A DNA stretch of 64,000 bases from Candidatus Limnocylindrales bacterium (GCA_050014975.1 JBEKCH010000003.1:8081-72080), one strand, 5' to 3'. Positions 1 to 12,456 are shown, counted from the stretch's first letter. The notes: generated by a model not told the origin, from the letters alone. Numbers and translations are program-made.

Positions 1-462
1 GCCGACGATCCACGGACGATCCGTCTGGGCCTGAACCTGGGATTGACGATGGCGCGCCTGGGGCAGCTGGAGGCGGCCCGGGCCATGTACATCACCGTCA
101 TGCAGAGCATCATCCGCGTGCACGGACCGCACCATCACCAGGTCGCGGACGTTCAGTCCCACCTCGGCGACGTTCTGTTCAAGCTGGGCGACGCCGCCGG
201 CGCGCGGGCTCGCTACGCCGAAGCCCTGGCCCTGCTGCGCAAGCAGCCCGGCCTCGAGGACCCGGACGCCCTGGAGATCCTGGGTCGCGACGCCGATGCC
301 CTGGCTGCCCTGGGCCACAAGGTGGCCGCCCGCAACCAGGCGCGGAGCGTGGTCGAGATCTACCGCCGGACCCTGGGGCCAGACAACGCGCTGACCAGGC
401 GGGCCGAGGCGCACCTGGGGCGGCTGACCCCGCGCCGCGGCAGGGCCGGCGGAGAGCGCTGA
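1..462 (+). CDS. Tetratricopeptide-repeat protein, C-terminal part (5' truncated by window edge)
   Basis: Frame open from base 1; TPR_12-like helices such as 'HLGDVLFKLGDAAGARARYAEALA' and 'YRRTLGPDNALT'. Confidence 0.75.
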   Translation, partial: ADDPRTIRLGLNLGLTMARLGQLEAARAMYITVMQSIIRVHGPHHHQVADVQSHLGDVLFKLGDAAGARARYAEALALLRKQPGLEDPDALEILGRDADALAALGHKVAARNQARSVVEIYRRTLGPDNALTRRAEAHLGRLTPRRGRAGGER

Positions 463-484
463 GGCTCTCGAGCTCGGCCTGGCT

Positions 485-1789
485 CTAGCCTGCGCGCTCC
501 ATGGCCTGCTCGAGATCGGCGATCAAGTCGGCTGCGGTTTCGATGCCGACAGAGAGCCGGATGACGTCGTTGCCGGCGCCGGCGGCATCGCGCTGCTCGT
601 CGGTCAGCTGGCGATGCGTCGTTGAAGCGGGATGGATTATGAGCGAGCGCGTGTCGCCGACGTTGGCCAGGTGCGACCACAGCTCGACCGATTCCACGAC
701 CTTTACGCCCGCTTCGTAGCCGCCCCGCAGGCCGAACGTGAAGACCGAGCCCGCGCCCTTCGGCAGGTACCGATCCGCGAGTGCGCGATACGGGCTCGAG
801 GGCAGGCCGGCGTAGCTGACCCACGCCACCCGCGGATGGCCGACCAGAAACTCGGCGACCGCCCGCGCGTTCGCCACGTGGCGTTCCATGCGCAGCGGCA
901 GCGTTTCGATACCGGTCAGGATGTAGAAGGCGTTCTGGGGCGAAAGGGCCGGGCCCAGGTCGCGCAGCGCCACCGCCCGCGTCTTCGTGCAGAACGCCGT
1001 CTCCCCGAACTTCTCGTAGAAGATGAGGCCGTGGTAGGCCGGATCGGGTTCGGTCAAGGCGGGGAACTTGCCGTCGCGGGCCCAATCGAACTTGCCCGAC
1101 TCCACGACGATCCCACCCAGCGACGTGCCGTGCCCGGAGAGGAACTTCGTCAGCGAGTGGACCACGATGTCGGCGCCCCACTCGAACGGCCGCCACAAGT
1201 ACGGGGTGGCGAGTGTGTTGTCGACCACGAGCGGAATGCCGGTCTCGTGGGCGATGGCGGCCAGCGCCTCCAGATCGACCACGACGCCGCCCGGATTGGC
1301 CAGGCTCTCGGTGAAGATGAGCCGGGTCCGTGGAGTGATGGCCGCGCGAACCTCGTCCGGGTTGCGCGGATCCACGAAGGTGCCGTGCCAGCCCAGTCGC
1401 GGGAACGTGTGCGTGAACTGCGTGATCGACCCGCCGTACAGGTAGCGCGAGGCCACGAACTCGTCGCCTGGGCCCATGAGCGTGTAGAAGGCAAGCAGCT
1501 GCGCCGAGTGGCCGGAGGCCGCCGCGACCGCCGCAGTCCCGCCCTCCAGGCTCGCCACCCGCTCTTCCAGGGCCGAGACGGTGGGGTTCCCCAGGCGCGT
1601 GTAGATGTAGCCCGCCGTCTCCAGGTTGAAGAGCGCCGCCGCGTGGTCCGCGTCATGGAAGACGTACGAGGTCGTCTGGTAGATCGGGACGTTCCGGGCT
1701 CCGGTCACGGGATCGGGCGCCGCTCCGGCATGGACGGCTCGGGTCTCGATGCCATAAGAACGGGAACGGGCTGGCGCGGTCATGGTCAT
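485..1789 (-). CDS. metY: O-acetylhomoserine aminocarboxypropyltransferase/sulfhydrylase (PLP-dependent), copy 1
   Basis: PIYQTTSY, YTRLGNPT, HSLTKFLSGHG (PLP lysine), [28 protein letters not shown]. Confidence 0.93.
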   Translation of the reverse strand: MTMTAPARSRSYGIETRAVHAGAAPDPVTGARNVPIYQTTSYVFHDADHAAALFNLETAGYIYTRLGNPTVSALEERVASLEGGTAAVAAASGHSAQLLAFYTLMGPGDEFVASRYLYGGSITQFTHTFPRLGWHGTFVDPRNPDEVRAAITPRTRLIFTESLANPGGVVVDLEALAAIAHETGIPLVVDNTLATPYLWRPFEWGADIVVHSLTKFLSGHGTSLGGIVVESGKFDWARDGKFPALTEPDPAYHGLIFYEKFGETAFCTKTRAVALRDLGPALSPQNAFYILTGIETLPLRMERHVANARAVAEFLVGHPRVAWVSYAGLPSSPYRALADRYLPKGAGSVFTFGLRGGYEAGVKVVESVELWSHLANVGDTRSLIIHPASTTHRQLTDEQRDAAGAGNDVIRLSVGIETAADLIADLEQAMERAG

Positions 1790-1943
1790 CTCCGGCGGGA
1801 TTGCTTGCGGGTGCTGGCTGGGAACGGACGCCCGACTAGATTAGGCCTACCGCGCGATCGGCGGCCGGCAGCCGGCACGGCGGGCGGGCACGGCGCGCGA
1901 CGGACGGGAATTTGCAGGCATAAGGCTTGCGCAATGCACCGCG

Positions 1944-2075
1944 ATGGCCCACACTTCGCCGCCAATGAACGCCGACGCCTTCAGCCACCGGGAGTGTTCG
2001 CGCCAGGCCTCGAGCCTGCGCGGTTCCATGATGTCCATGCCCGGGCGGCCCCGAAGTGCGGAGGACGGGGTCTGA
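1944..2075 (+). CDS. Putative Met-rich leader peptide (MAHTSPPMNADAFSHRECSRQASSLRGSMMSMPGRPRSAEDGV)
   Basis: 43-codon uORF with 5 in-frame ATG, including ATG ATG TCC ATG at 2028-2039, upstream of a terminator hairpin and metY-metX; no clear SD. Confidence 0.5.
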   Translation: MAHTSPPMNADAFSHRECSRQASSLRGSMMSMPGRPRSAEDGV

Positions 2076-2092
2076 GGCTCTCGCTCGCCTGA

Positions 2093-3628
<1,536 letters not shown>

Positions 3629-3655
3629 GCCGGCGCCGCGAACGGGAGTACCGCA

Positions 3656-4837
3656 ATGACACCGGCGAGTCGTCGGCCCGCGGAGGTGCGGGGCGGCCCT
3701 GCGCCCTCGGGTGACCCGGCGAGCGACGCAGCTACCGGGCCGGACTTCGTCCCGGCCGATCCCGGCGTTTCCATCGCACACGCGGACTCCGGTTTTCGTA
3801 GCCTGTCAGACGTGGATCACTCGCCCGACCCCCAGACCGGCAACATCGTCTCGCGCTGGCTGGGTCGCTTCGTGCTGGAGTCCGGCGCGATCCTGCCGGA
3901 CCTGGTGGTGGCCTACCGCCACGACGGCGTCCCGATCGGCGAGGGTCGCCAGATCCTGGTCGTCCACGCCCTGACCGGCTCGGCAGACGCTGCCGGCGAC
4001 TGGTGGGCGCCGATCATCGGGCCGGGCCAGGTGCTGGATACCAGTAAGTACGGCGTCATCTGCATGAACCTGCTGGGCGGCCGGTACGGCACCAGCGGTC
4101 CGATCTCCCGAAACCCGGCGACGGGCAAGCCCTACGGCCGGGCCTTTCCACGGGTGACCATTCGAGATCAGGCTCGAGCCCAATGGCGTCTCCTGGACGC
4201 GCTGGGAATCGGCAAGCTCGCCCTGGCGGCCGGCGGGTCCCTCGGTGGCATGGTCGCGATGGAGGTGGCGCTCGAGCGACCCGGCGAGATCAGCCGGGTC
4301 GTGCCGATTGCCGCGCCTGCCCGCATCGGGCAGCTCGCCGTGGGCTGGGACAACATTCAGCTCGAGATCGTCGGCAAGCTCGGCCTGGATGGCCTGGACC
4401 TGGCCCGCCAGCTGGCGATCACGACCTATCGCAGCGAGATCGACTTCGAGCAGCGCTTCGCCGGGCGCGTGGAGGCCGATGGAACGCCTTCGGTTGTCAG
4501 CTACCTCCGCCACCAGGGCCGGAAGCTGCTCGAGCGCTTCGACGAAGACACGTACCGGACGCTCGTCCTGGCCATGGACAGCCACGACATCGGCCGCGGC
4601 CGAGGCGGCACCGTCGCCGCGCTGCAGCGATTGGCCGCCTACGGGACACGGCTGACCGGCGTGGGCATCGAGGGCGACATCCTGTACGGCACGAACCAGG
4701 TCCAGGAGATGATCGCGGCCGCAGCTGCGGCCGGGATGGACGCGGCCTACCGCGAGATCCACTCGACCAAGGGTCACGACGCCTTTCTGGTCGAGTGGGA
4801 CCAGCTCACTGCCATCCTGGCGGAAGCGCTCAAGTAG
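3656..4837 (+). CDS. metX: Homoserine O-acetyltransferase (alpha/beta hydrolase)
   Basis: HALTGS, GGSLGG nucleophile elbow, GHDAFL; directly downstream of metY. Confidence 0.9.
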   Translation: MTPASRRPAEVRGGPAPSGDPASDAATGPDFVPADPGVSIAHADSGFRSLSDVDHSPDPQTGNIVSRWLGRFVLESGAILPDLVVAYRHDGVPIGEGRQILVVHALTGSADAAGDWWAPIIGPGQVLDTSKYGVICMNLLGGRYGTSGPISRNPATGKPYGRAFPRVTIRDQARAQWRLLDALGIGKLALAAGGSLGGMVAMEVALERPGEISRVVPIAAPARIGQLAVGWDNIQLEIVGKLGLDGLDLARQLAITTYRSEIDFEQRFAGRVEADGTPSVVSYLRHQGRKLLERFDEDTYRTLVLAMDSHDIGRGRGGTVAALQRLAAYGTRLTGVGIEGDILYGTNQVQEMIAAAAAAGMDAAYREIHSTKGHDAFLVEWDQLTAILAEALK

Positions 4838-4972
4838 GGTCGCGCGCCCGGGCCTCGCCAGTGGGCCGGCGGCCGGCGAACGGCCCGGGCGGCCAACCGG
4901 GGCGTGGGTGGCCGCATGGCAGCAGCCGTCGGGCGGCATACTGGCGTGGTCGAACCTTGCCGGGAGAACGAG

Positions 4973-6157
4973 ATGACCAGCCACAGCCGGGGGGGCCGGC
5001 GTGGCCGTCGGCTTCGCACCGCGGTGATCGGTTCCGGCTTCATCGGGCCGCATCACGTCGACGCCGTGCGGCGAGGCGGCTACGCGGACGTGGTCGTGCT
5101 CGCCGGTCACACCGCCAGCCACGTCGAGCCCAAGGCGACGGCCCTCGGCGTGGGGCGCTGGACGACGGACGTAGATTCTGTAATCGCCGATCCGGCCATC
5201 GACGTGATTCACGTCTGCACCCGCAACACCAGCCACGTGCCGCTCGGGGAGGCGGCCCTCCAAGCGGGCAAACACGTCGTCATGGAGAAGCCCCTGGCCG
5301 TGGATTCGGCCGGCGCAGCGCGGCTCGTGGCCGCGGCCGAGGCCGCGGATCGCCACGCCGCCACGACCTTCACTTACCGCGGCTACCCGATGTTGCGAAA
5401 GGCCCGCGCCCTCGTTGAGGCCGGAGAGCTGGGCGACATCCATCTGTCCAGTGGCGCGTACCTGCAGGACTGGCTGGCCGAAGAGACCGACTGGAACTGG
5501 CGCGTGGATCCCGCCCAAGGTGCCTCGCGCACCGTGGCCGACATCGGCGTCCACTGGTTCGACACGCTCGAGTTCGTCTCGGGGCTGCGGGCCGAGGCCG
5601 TCTTCGCCGACCTGGCCACGTTCCTTGCCAGGCGGCAGCGGCCAGTCGCCGAGGTGGAGGCCTTCGGCTCCACGGCCGGGCCCACCGAGACGGTCCGGAT
5701 CGAATCGGAGGACGCGGCAGCCATCGTCATGCGCCTGACCGGCGGCGCTCGAGCCGTCTGCCTGGTCTCGCAGGTGAGCCCCGGCCGCAAGAACGGGTTC
5801 ACCCTGGAGCTCGGCGGGTCGCGGCGCAGCCTGGCCTGGGACCAGGAGCAACCCGAGCGGTTGTGGCTCGGCTCACGCCGGGAACCGGCGCGGCTGATCG
5901 CTCGAGACCCGGCCGAGGGCTACCACTCGCCTGGCATACCGCCATTGGCCGCCGGTCATCCGGAAGCCTGGTCGGACGCGCTGCGGGACCTGCTGCGGCC
6001 CTTCTACGCCGCCGTGGCTTCGCGTGTGCCGCCATCAACCGTGCCGGCCTCGGCCGCGTCGCTCGGCTACCCGACCTTCGCCGACGGTGCCCGTGCCGTT
6101 CGATTCGTCGATGCCGTGCTCGAGAGCGCCCGATCAGAGCGTTGGGTGGATATCTAG
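4973..6157 (+). CDS. Gfo/Idh/MocA family NAD(P)-dependent oxidoreductase
   Basis: VIGSGFIG Rossmann motif, HVVMEKP, DIGVHWFD. Confidence 0.9.
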   Translation: MTSHSRGGRRGRRLRTAVIGSGFIGPHHVDAVRRGGYADVVVLAGHTASHVEPKATALGVGRWTTDVDSVIADPAIDVIHVCTRNTSHVPLGEAALQAGKHVVMEKPLAVDSAGAARLVAAAEAADRHAATTFTYRGYPMLRKARALVEAGELGDIHLSSGAYLQDWLAEETDWNWRVDPAQGASRTVADIGVHWFDTLEFVSGLRAEAVFADLATFLARRQRPVAEVEAFGSTAGPTETVRIESEDAAAIVMRLTGGARAVCLVSQVSPGRKNGFTLELGGSRRSLAWDQEQPERLWLGSRREPARLIARDPAEGYHSPGIPPLAAGHPEAWSDALRDLLRPFYAAVASRVPPSTVPASAASLGYPTFADGARAVRFVDAVLESARSERWVDI

Positions 6158-6162
6158 GGCGG

Positions 6163-8484
6163 CTAGGGAGGCGGCGGCAGGAAGTAGCCCGTGAGGTCGA
6201 CGATGAACTGCGTCGACGACCCGGACTTGTCCGCCTCGTACACGACGCTGATCGTCCCGTCATCGCTCAGGGCCACGTAGAAGCCGTTGGCCCGGTTGTC
6301 GCCCTTGGGGAAGTTGAGCGTCGAGATGCCGGGGATGACTCCGGGGTCGAGCGCCGGAGCCACGGTCAGGTAGCCGAGATAACTCTGGCCGGTTACGGTC
6401 AGGTTACCGCTGATCCCCGAGGCGTTGGCGGGCACGCCAGCACGGCCGGCTACCTGGACCGTCGCGGGCGTGGCCCGGGGTATCGGGCCGGCGAACGGCA
6501 GGTTGTAGCGGGTGTCGACCAACCGGATGGGCTCGAGCGGGACGAACTTCGAGCCGCTGGTGCCGTTCACGAAGTAGCCCGTGACATCGAACAGGAGATC
6601 CGCCGTTGAGCCCGCGGGACCGGACCACACGGCACTCAGGGTGCCGTTATCCGCCAGCTTGACCGTCACTCCGTCGGCGCGGGTGTCGCCGGCCGGCGCG
6701 TTCACGGTCGAGCAGGCGAGCTTCGTCGGGTCGCCGGTGATCGAGGGGCCAACGAACGCCCAGCCTTTGCCGGTGGGCTTGACCAGCGTGAAGTTGCCGG
6801 TGACGGCCACGGCATCGTCGGGCACGCCGGCCTGGCCAACGACCTGGAAACTTCGCGGCACGTTTGTGACGAATCTGCTAAGGCTGACGCCTGTGCCATT
6901 TCGACTGTCCAGGATCCGCCCCGGCGGGAGTGGCATGAAGGTAGCGCCGGTGTCGTCGGCGGTGAAGTAACCGGTCACGTCGAAGATGGCCTGGGTCGTG
7001 CCGCCGCCGATGTACACGACGGAGAGCATTCCATTGGCGTCGAGGGCAACCGCGACGTTGTTGGCCCTGTTGTCGGCGCGCTGGAAGTTCAGCGTCGACG
7101 ACGAAGGCGAGACCGTGAAGACCGGGCCGATGGTGAGGTAGCCGAGGGCCGTCTCGGCCGTTGCGGTCAGGATGCCCGTCACGGCGACGACGTTGGCATT
7201 GAGCGGGACGCCTCCGCGGCCCGTCACCTGGAAGCGGCGCGGCTTGTTGGGATAGAACGCGCCGCTCAAGCCGTTTCCGTAGCGAGTGTCGAGAATGCGG
7301 GTCGGTACCACGGGATGGAAGGTCGTCGCCGCATACGTGATCCTGGCTGGGGGCGGCGTGTAGATCTCGCAGTAGGCGATATAGGAGTCGGCCGCCGGGC
7401 CGTGGCCGCCGACGACCATCACGCTGCCGTTCGCGAGGGCGGTGGCAGCCTGGAAGCGGCGCCCGTGAGCCAGCGCTCCGGTCGTGCTCCAACCGCCTGT
7501 CGTCGGGTCGAACAGAGCGACGGAGGTCAGAGCCTGGCTTGGGCTGGTCGCGTAGCCGCCTGCGGCGATGACTCGCCCGTCCGGCAGGACCGTCATGGTG
7601 AACGCGGCGCGAGCCGTAGGCATCAACGCGGTCAGGGTCCACTTGCCGGTGCTGGGGTCGTATGTTTCGGCGGTGTTCTGGGCGACGCCGTTGGCGTCGG
7701 TGCCGCCGGCCACCAGGATGCGGCCATCCCTGAGGAGGACCGCCGCGCCGTCGACTCGAACCTTGCTCATCGCCTGGCCGGCCGTCCAGCCCGACCCCGG
7801 CGTGTAGATCTCGACCGACAAAAGGGCCGAGCCCGGAGAGAGCGACCCGTCGTCGCCGCCGGCCACGAGCACGTCGCCATTGGACATGGTCGTGGCCGTG
7901 AACGCGTAGCGGGCCCCGGGCAGCGCCCGTCCGGCGCTCCACGTTCCGTTCGAGGCGGAGTAGATGTCGACGGCGCCGGTGACCAGGCTGTCACCGCCGT
8001 CGTAGCCGCCGATCACGAGCACGTCGCCATCGGCCAGCGAAGCGGCCGCGCCGTAGGCGTGGGCGTGGGTCATCTCCGGCGTCTGGGTCCAGGTTCCGGC
8101 GACGGGATCGAAGAGATCGCCGTACATGTAGTAGCTCATGTCATCGGCTCCGCCGGCGAACAGAGCCTTACCGTTTGGCAACAGGGCGGCGACCTGACCG
8201 GCGACGGGCTGACCGATCGACCCCGCGCTTGCCCAGGTGCCGCCAGTCCAGCGCTCGGCCGAGGCGGTGAACGACGTGCCGTCGGTCCCGCCGGCGGTGA
8301 TGACGGAGCCGTCGCCCAGCAGCACCGCCGGCGCGAACCCGCGCGCCTGAGCGAGGCTGCCGGTGGCTGTCCAGGCACCAGGGGTTGGAGTGACAGCGGC
8401 GGCGGTCGTGGCCGGCGTGGTTGCGGCGACGCCGACGAGGATCAGGACGGCCAGGATTCGGCCTGTCATGCTGACTCGGGGCAT
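6163..8484 (-). CDS. Secreted kelch-repeat beta-propeller protein with three C-terminal 'P.R(I/L).D(T/S)R' beta-rich repeats
   Basis: Signal peptide; repeated L.DG.VLVAGG...W units; three domains of about 130 aa ending D(V/L)TGYF. Confidence 0.85.
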   Translation of the reverse strand: MPRVSMTGRILAVLILVGVAATTPATTAAAVTPTPGAWTATGSLAQARGFAPAVLLGDGSVITAGGTDGTSFTASAERWTGGTWASAGSIGQPVAGQVAALLPNGKALFAGGADDMSYYMYGDLFDPVAGTWTQTPEMTHAHAYGAAASLADGDVLVIGGYDGGDSLVTGAVDIYSASNGTWSAGRALPGARYAFTATTMSNGDVLVAGGDDGSLSPGSALLSVEIYTPGSGWTAGQAMSKVRVDGAAVLLRDGRILVAGGTDANGVAQNTAETYDPSTGKWTLTALMPTARAAFTMTVLPDGRVIAAGGYATSPSQALTSVALFDPTTGGWSTTGALAHGRRFQAATALANGSVMVVGGHGPAADSYIAYCEIYTPPPARITYAATTFHPVVPTRILDTRYGNGLSGAFYPNKPRRFQVTGRGGVPLNANVVAVTGILTATAETALGYLTIGPVFTVSPSSSTLNFQRADNRANNVAVALDANGMLSVVYIGGGTTQAIFDVTGYFTADDTGATFMPLPPGRILDSRNGTGVSLSRFVTNVPRSFQVVGQAGVPDDAVAVTGNFTLVKPTGKGWAFVGPSITGDPTKLACSTVNAPAGDTRADGVTVKLADNGTLSAVWSGPAGSTADLLFDVTGYFVNGTSGSKFVPLEPIRLVDTRYNLPFAGPIPRATPATVQVAGRAGVPANASGISGNLTVTGQSYLGYLTVAPALDPGVIPGISTLNFPKGDNRANGFYVALSDDGTISVVYEADKSGSSTQFIVDLTGYFLPPPP

Positions 8485-8790
8485 TTCTGTCCTCCGATCT
8501 CTGGGCTCCCAAGCTGGCCGGATTATGGGCCGGCAGGGCCCAACTGACGGGCGGCCGACGTCTTCGAGACGGCACAAATGGCGGCGGACTCGGTCGGTGC
8601 CGCTGCTCGGCATCGGTTGCCGGGCAGCGGTGGCGGCCGGCATTCTATGCCGGCACGAGTCCAGTGTGCCGCCCCGGCGGCCCCAAATGCAACCCGAGCG
8701 ACGGCACGCCGGGCCCGCACGGAGGTCACGGAGTGCCCAGACAGGGCCGTCACGTGACAAGCAAACCCGTTCCGTGCTACAAGAAGCGGA

Positions 8791-9735
8791 GTGACCAGCC
8801 CCGGCAGCCTACCCCCCCGAACCCCGATGGCCCGCGCATCGGGTCGGGGCTGGCCTGCCTCCCGAGGGGCACGTTTTGCGTTGCCCGCCGTGGCTCTCGC
8901 CGCCCTGGTTGTAGTCGCGGTGGTAGCCGTCGGGGACGGGCCGGCCTTGATCTCCCTGGCCGCCTCCACGGCGACGGCATCCCCCACTCCGACGTCGGTC
9001 GCCACGACGGCGGGCATCCCGACGCCGACGCCCACGCCGGCGCCGACCCCCACTCCCAGTCCCAGCCCGACGCCGTATTCCGGCCCACCAACGCCGGCCC
9101 CGCCTTCCAGCCTGACCGGCTACGTCTGGCCGCTCGTCAACGCCACGGTGACCCTGCCCTTCGGACCCAGCAGATTCGGCGATTTCCTGGTCAACGGCCA
9201 GCTGTTCCACGACGGCGTGGACATGGCGACCTATTGTGGCGACAAGGTCATGGCTGCCCACGATGGGATCGTCCTGACGGCGGGACGGGATTACGTCGAC
9301 TTCATGGGCTGGCAGGGGGACCTGACCGCCTACAAGAAGAAGTTCTCGGCGCCCAGCTGGAAGGCCTCGCTGCCGATCGTCATCGTCATCGACGATGGAG
9401 ATGGCTATCGCAGCATCTACGCCCACGAGTCCCGGGCGGTCGTGGTCGCCGGCCAGCACGTCTCGGCCGGCCAGCTGATCGGCTATGAGGGCGCGACCGG
9501 CGATGCCACCGGTTGCCATGTCCACTTCGGCATGTTCAGCCCCCTGGAGACGGCCGTTTTCGCGAACCTGCCGCAGTACATCCAGGAATACCACCTGCCG
9601 GCCACCGAGACGGCGCGCATCGACCCGTTGCTCGTCCTGCCCTATCGCGATGATGTTCCGGAGATGCGTACGCTGCGTCCCGCCGATGCAGCCGCCTGGG
9701 AGTCCGCGCATCCTTCGGCAAGCCCTTGGGACTAG
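8791..9735 (+). CDS. M23 family metallopeptidase (membrane-anchored/secreted)
   Basis: N-terminal TM and PT-rich linker; HDGVD, IYAH, GCHVHF zinc motifs. Confidence 0.88.
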   Translation: MTSPGSLPPRTPMARASGRGWPASRGARFALPAVALAALVVVAVVAVGDGPALISLAASTATASPTPTSVATTAGIPTPTPTPAPTPTPSPSPTPYSGPPTPAPPSSLTGYVWPLVNATVTLPFGPSRFGDFLVNGQLFHDGVDMATYCGDKVMAAHDGIVLTAGRDYVDFMGWQGDLTAYKKKFSAPSWKASLPIVIVIDDGDGYRSIYAHESRAVVVAGQHVSAGQLIGYEGATGDATGCHVHFGMFSPLETAVFANLPQYIQEYHLPATETARIDPLLVLPYRDDVPEMRTLRPADAAAWESAHPSASPWD

Positions 9736-9774
9736 GGCCAGGTCGCCCGCGGAGCGGCCGCGCGATCGATCGGG

Positions 9775-11274
9775 TCAGCCGGCGCGCCGATACCGCCTCG
9801 CCACCAACGAGTAAGCGGGCAGTCTGCCCAGCGACTTGCTGAGCGGCCCCGCCGGCGTGCCGTCGCGACCGACTATCGCCAGCAGCGAATCGGTGGCGTT
9901 GGCATCGGCCGGCCGAGCGTCTATTTCGGCCAGGTCTACAACCTCGCCAGCCCGCGCCTCCAGCCCGAGCTCCTGGGTCGCGGCAACACGAGTCGCCTCG
10001 CGCTCGGCTGCCTCGTAGCTGCTGCGAATCTCGGCTACGGTGCGCCATCTCGAACGGCGCAGCAGGATCGCCTGCCAGACCCGCCCCAGCTCAGCCGTGA
10101 CCGTGCCGTCGCCCGGAGCCGGCTTCTTCGAGATTGCCTCGCCCCGAGCCCAGAGGGCGGCCTGATGCAGCAGGGCATACTCGTCCAGGTCGGCGTACTG
10201 GCCGAGTGCCTCCGCCGGCGAGGCATCGCCGAAGATCGCCAGGATGCTGGGCCGGAAGACCTCGGCCAGGTCGAGGTCGATTGCCCGGACCGAGCGGTGG
10301 AAGTAGATCTGCTCGTACATGAAGAGCCGCGCGGTCAGGAACATCTCCAGTGCTGCCAGCCCGGGTTCGTAGAGGGACAGCCCGCGCGGCCCTATGAAGC
10401 TGTATCGACGCAGCCGCTCCACGTCCACGGGCCCCGTAGCGACTCCGATCAGATAGGCGTCGCGCCGCACGTAGTCGAGGTTGTCGACGGTAAAGACGCC
10501 CGAGAGCAGAGGCTGCAGCCAGCGCAGCCAGCGCGGCATGCTCGGATCCGCCAGCGCGGGCTTGGAGACCAGGAACGAGACCCAGCGCGGGTCGATCCGT
10601 TCGTCCGGCCGCAGGGAGTCACGCTCGGGGACCACGCCGGGGGCACGGCGAATGGCCGTAATCGTCTTGCTCAGTTCGCGCTCGATGATCAGCGCCGAGA
10701 GATCCTCGTGGGTCAGGCTCTTGCGAGCGCCACGCCGAGGATCGTCCGGCGCCGAGAAGTGGCACAGGAAGTGATCGTCGAAGAAGTGGGCAAAGGGCCC
10801 GTGCCCCACGTCGTGCAGCAGCCCGGCCAGCCGGAGCGTCTCGACGACCAGACCTTCGGACGGGGGCGGCGAGCCGGGGTCCGCCTCGGCCAGCGCCGTC
10901 CGAAGGCTGGGGTAGAGATGGCGGGCCCACAGGCCGGCTTCGTGCATGACGCCCAGGCCGTGGGTGAAGCGGCTGTGCTCGGCCGTGGGGAAGACCCAGC
11001 GGGCGCTCTGCAGCTGGCTGATGCGGCGCATCCGCTGCAGCCAGGCCGAGTCGAGCAGGTCGGCTTCGGCCGACTCTTCTTCCGCAACGCCGAGCTCCCG
11101 CGCACGTTCGGGCGTGAGGCGCTTGGTCAGCTCGATATAGCCGTGGATCGGGTCGCTGAAGAGGTTGACGGCCCACAGCAGCGGGTGCGGCCCGGTCCCA
11201 GCGGACGCGCCGGGTCCCTCGGGGGCCGGCCGTGGCTGCTCCGAGGCTCGCGTGGCGCCGGGCTCCAGCTTCAT
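9775..11274 (-). CDS. HD-domain phosphohydrolase, SAMHD1-like dNTP triphosphohydrolase family
   Basis: DPIHGYI, QRMRRISQL, HSRFTHGLGV, LLHDVGHGPFAH, DNLDYVRRD, MYEQIYFH. Confidence 0.88.
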   Translation of the reverse strand: MKLEPGATRASEQPRPAPEGPGASAGTGPHPLLWAVNLFSDPIHGYIELTKRLTPERARELGVAEEESAEADLLDSAWLQRMRRISQLQSARWVFPTAEHSRFTHGLGVMHEAGLWARHLYPSLRTALAEADPGSPPPSEGLVVETLRLAGLLHDVGHGPFAHFFDDHFLCHFSAPDDPRRGARKSLTHEDLSALIIERELSKTITAIRRAPGVVPERDSLRPDERIDPRWVSFLVSKPALADPSMPRWLRWLQPLLSGVFTVDNLDYVRRDAYLIGVATGPVDVERLRRYSFIGPRGLSLYEPGLAALEMFLTARLFMYEQIYFHRSVRAIDLDLAEVFRPSILAIFGDASPAEALGQYADLDEYALLHQAALWARGEAISKKPAPGDGTVTAELGRVWQAILLRRSRWRTVAEIRSSYEAAEREATRVAATQELGLEARAGEVVDLAEIDARPADANATDSLLAIVGRDGTPAGPLSKSLGRLPAYSLVARRYRRAG

Positions 11275-11380
11275 AGGACAAGCGTAGCCTCCCGCGCCCC
11301 GGACTACCGCGCAACTCCACTGCCGCGGGAAGAGAGGGCCCGCGCTTGGAGCGAGGCGCGTTGCGCGGGATCACGCGCTT

Positions 11381-12454
11381 CTAGTACCGCGCCGCGGCAG
11401 CTCTGTAAGTGGCGGCTATCTCGTCCCGCAGCTCCGTCGGCTCCAGCACCTCGACCTGCGCGCCCCACTGCAGGATCCAGCGGCTGATCTCGAGAGTGCC
11501 CGAAACCCGGCACCGCCACAGCACGCACCCGTCGGGTTCACGCAGGACCTGCTCCGTCGGGTGCCAGGTCGTCTCGGTGACCAGACCCGCGATCGCGGCG
11601 TCGAAGCGGAGCACGACCTCGACCTCTTCCTGGTCGGCGATGAGACCCCAGGCCCGACCCAGGCCCTCCTGGACCAGGCGCGGGTCGGGCGGCTCGAACC
11701 TGTCCGGCGTCAGCGACAGCTCCAGGATCCGCTGCAGCTTGAAGGTTCGGATGGCCTCGCGCGACTCGTCGAAGCCCATCAGGTACAGCGCGCGTGTCGT
11801 GGCCGAGACCTCGAGGAGGTACGGGCGAACGCGCGACCGTCGGGGCGGCCGGCCCGGACTGTACGTGGCGGCGTCGTAGGTGAGCTCCACGATTCGCCGC
11901 TCCGCCCAGGCGCGGGCCAGGAGCCGCAGGTGGCGCGTCAGCCGCTCGTCCGGTAGGCGGCTGGCCAGGAGGTCGATCGTCCGCTCCAGGTGCGGCGCCA
12001 CGGCAGGCGGCAGGATCGCCGCCAGCTTCTGGAAGGCGGCGCCCATGTCGGGCTCGTAGCGGTCGGCCCACTGGGCAGTGAGCCGTGCGGCGATGAAGAA
12101 GGCGACGGCCTCGTCCAGCGTCAGGCGCAGCGGCGGCAGGAATGCCCCCTCGACGATCCCCCACTTGCCGCCCTCGCTCCACAGCGGGAGGTCTATCTCG
12201 CCTTCCAGCGCCCGGAGATCACGATAGACGGTCCGCCGCGACATACCCACGAACGCGGCGATGGCATCGGGCGAGGCGCCCTCGGGGTGAGCCTGCAGGT
12301 AGCGGATGACCCTGTAGAAGCGAGCCAGTCGGTCGTGCTTGGCCGACGCTCGATCTGACGACCGATCGAAGGCCGGCTCGACTGGCGGCATGGAGGCGCC
12401 CCCGGAAGCGCGCCCAGCCGTCCGCTCGGGGGCGCGGCGATCCGTGGTCGGCAT
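11381..12454 (-). CDS. WYL-domain transcriptional regulator (HTH_11 + WYL + WCX; PafBC/DriD-like)
   Basis: MSRRTVYRDLRALE HTH; RVRPYLL, LYLMGFD, RTFKLQRI, WGAQVEVLEP. Confidence 0.9.
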   Translation of the reverse strand: MPTTDRRAPERTAGRASGGASMPPVEPAFDRSSDRASAKHDRLARFYRVIRYLQAHPEGASPDAIAAFVGMSRRTVYRDLRALEGEIDLPLWSEGGKWGIVEGAFLPPLRLTLDEAVAFFIAARLTAQWADRYEPDMGAAFQKLAAILPPAVAPHLERTIDLLASRLPDERLTRHLRLLARAWAERRIVELTYDAATYSPGRPPRRSRVRPYLLEVSATTRALYLMGFDESREAIRTFKLQRILELSLTPDRFEPPDPRLVQEGLGRAWGLIADQEEVEVVLRFDAAIAGLVTETTWHPTEQVLREPDGCVLWRCRVSGTLEISRWILQWGAQVEVLEPTELRDEIAATYRAAAARY

Positions 12455-12456
12455 CG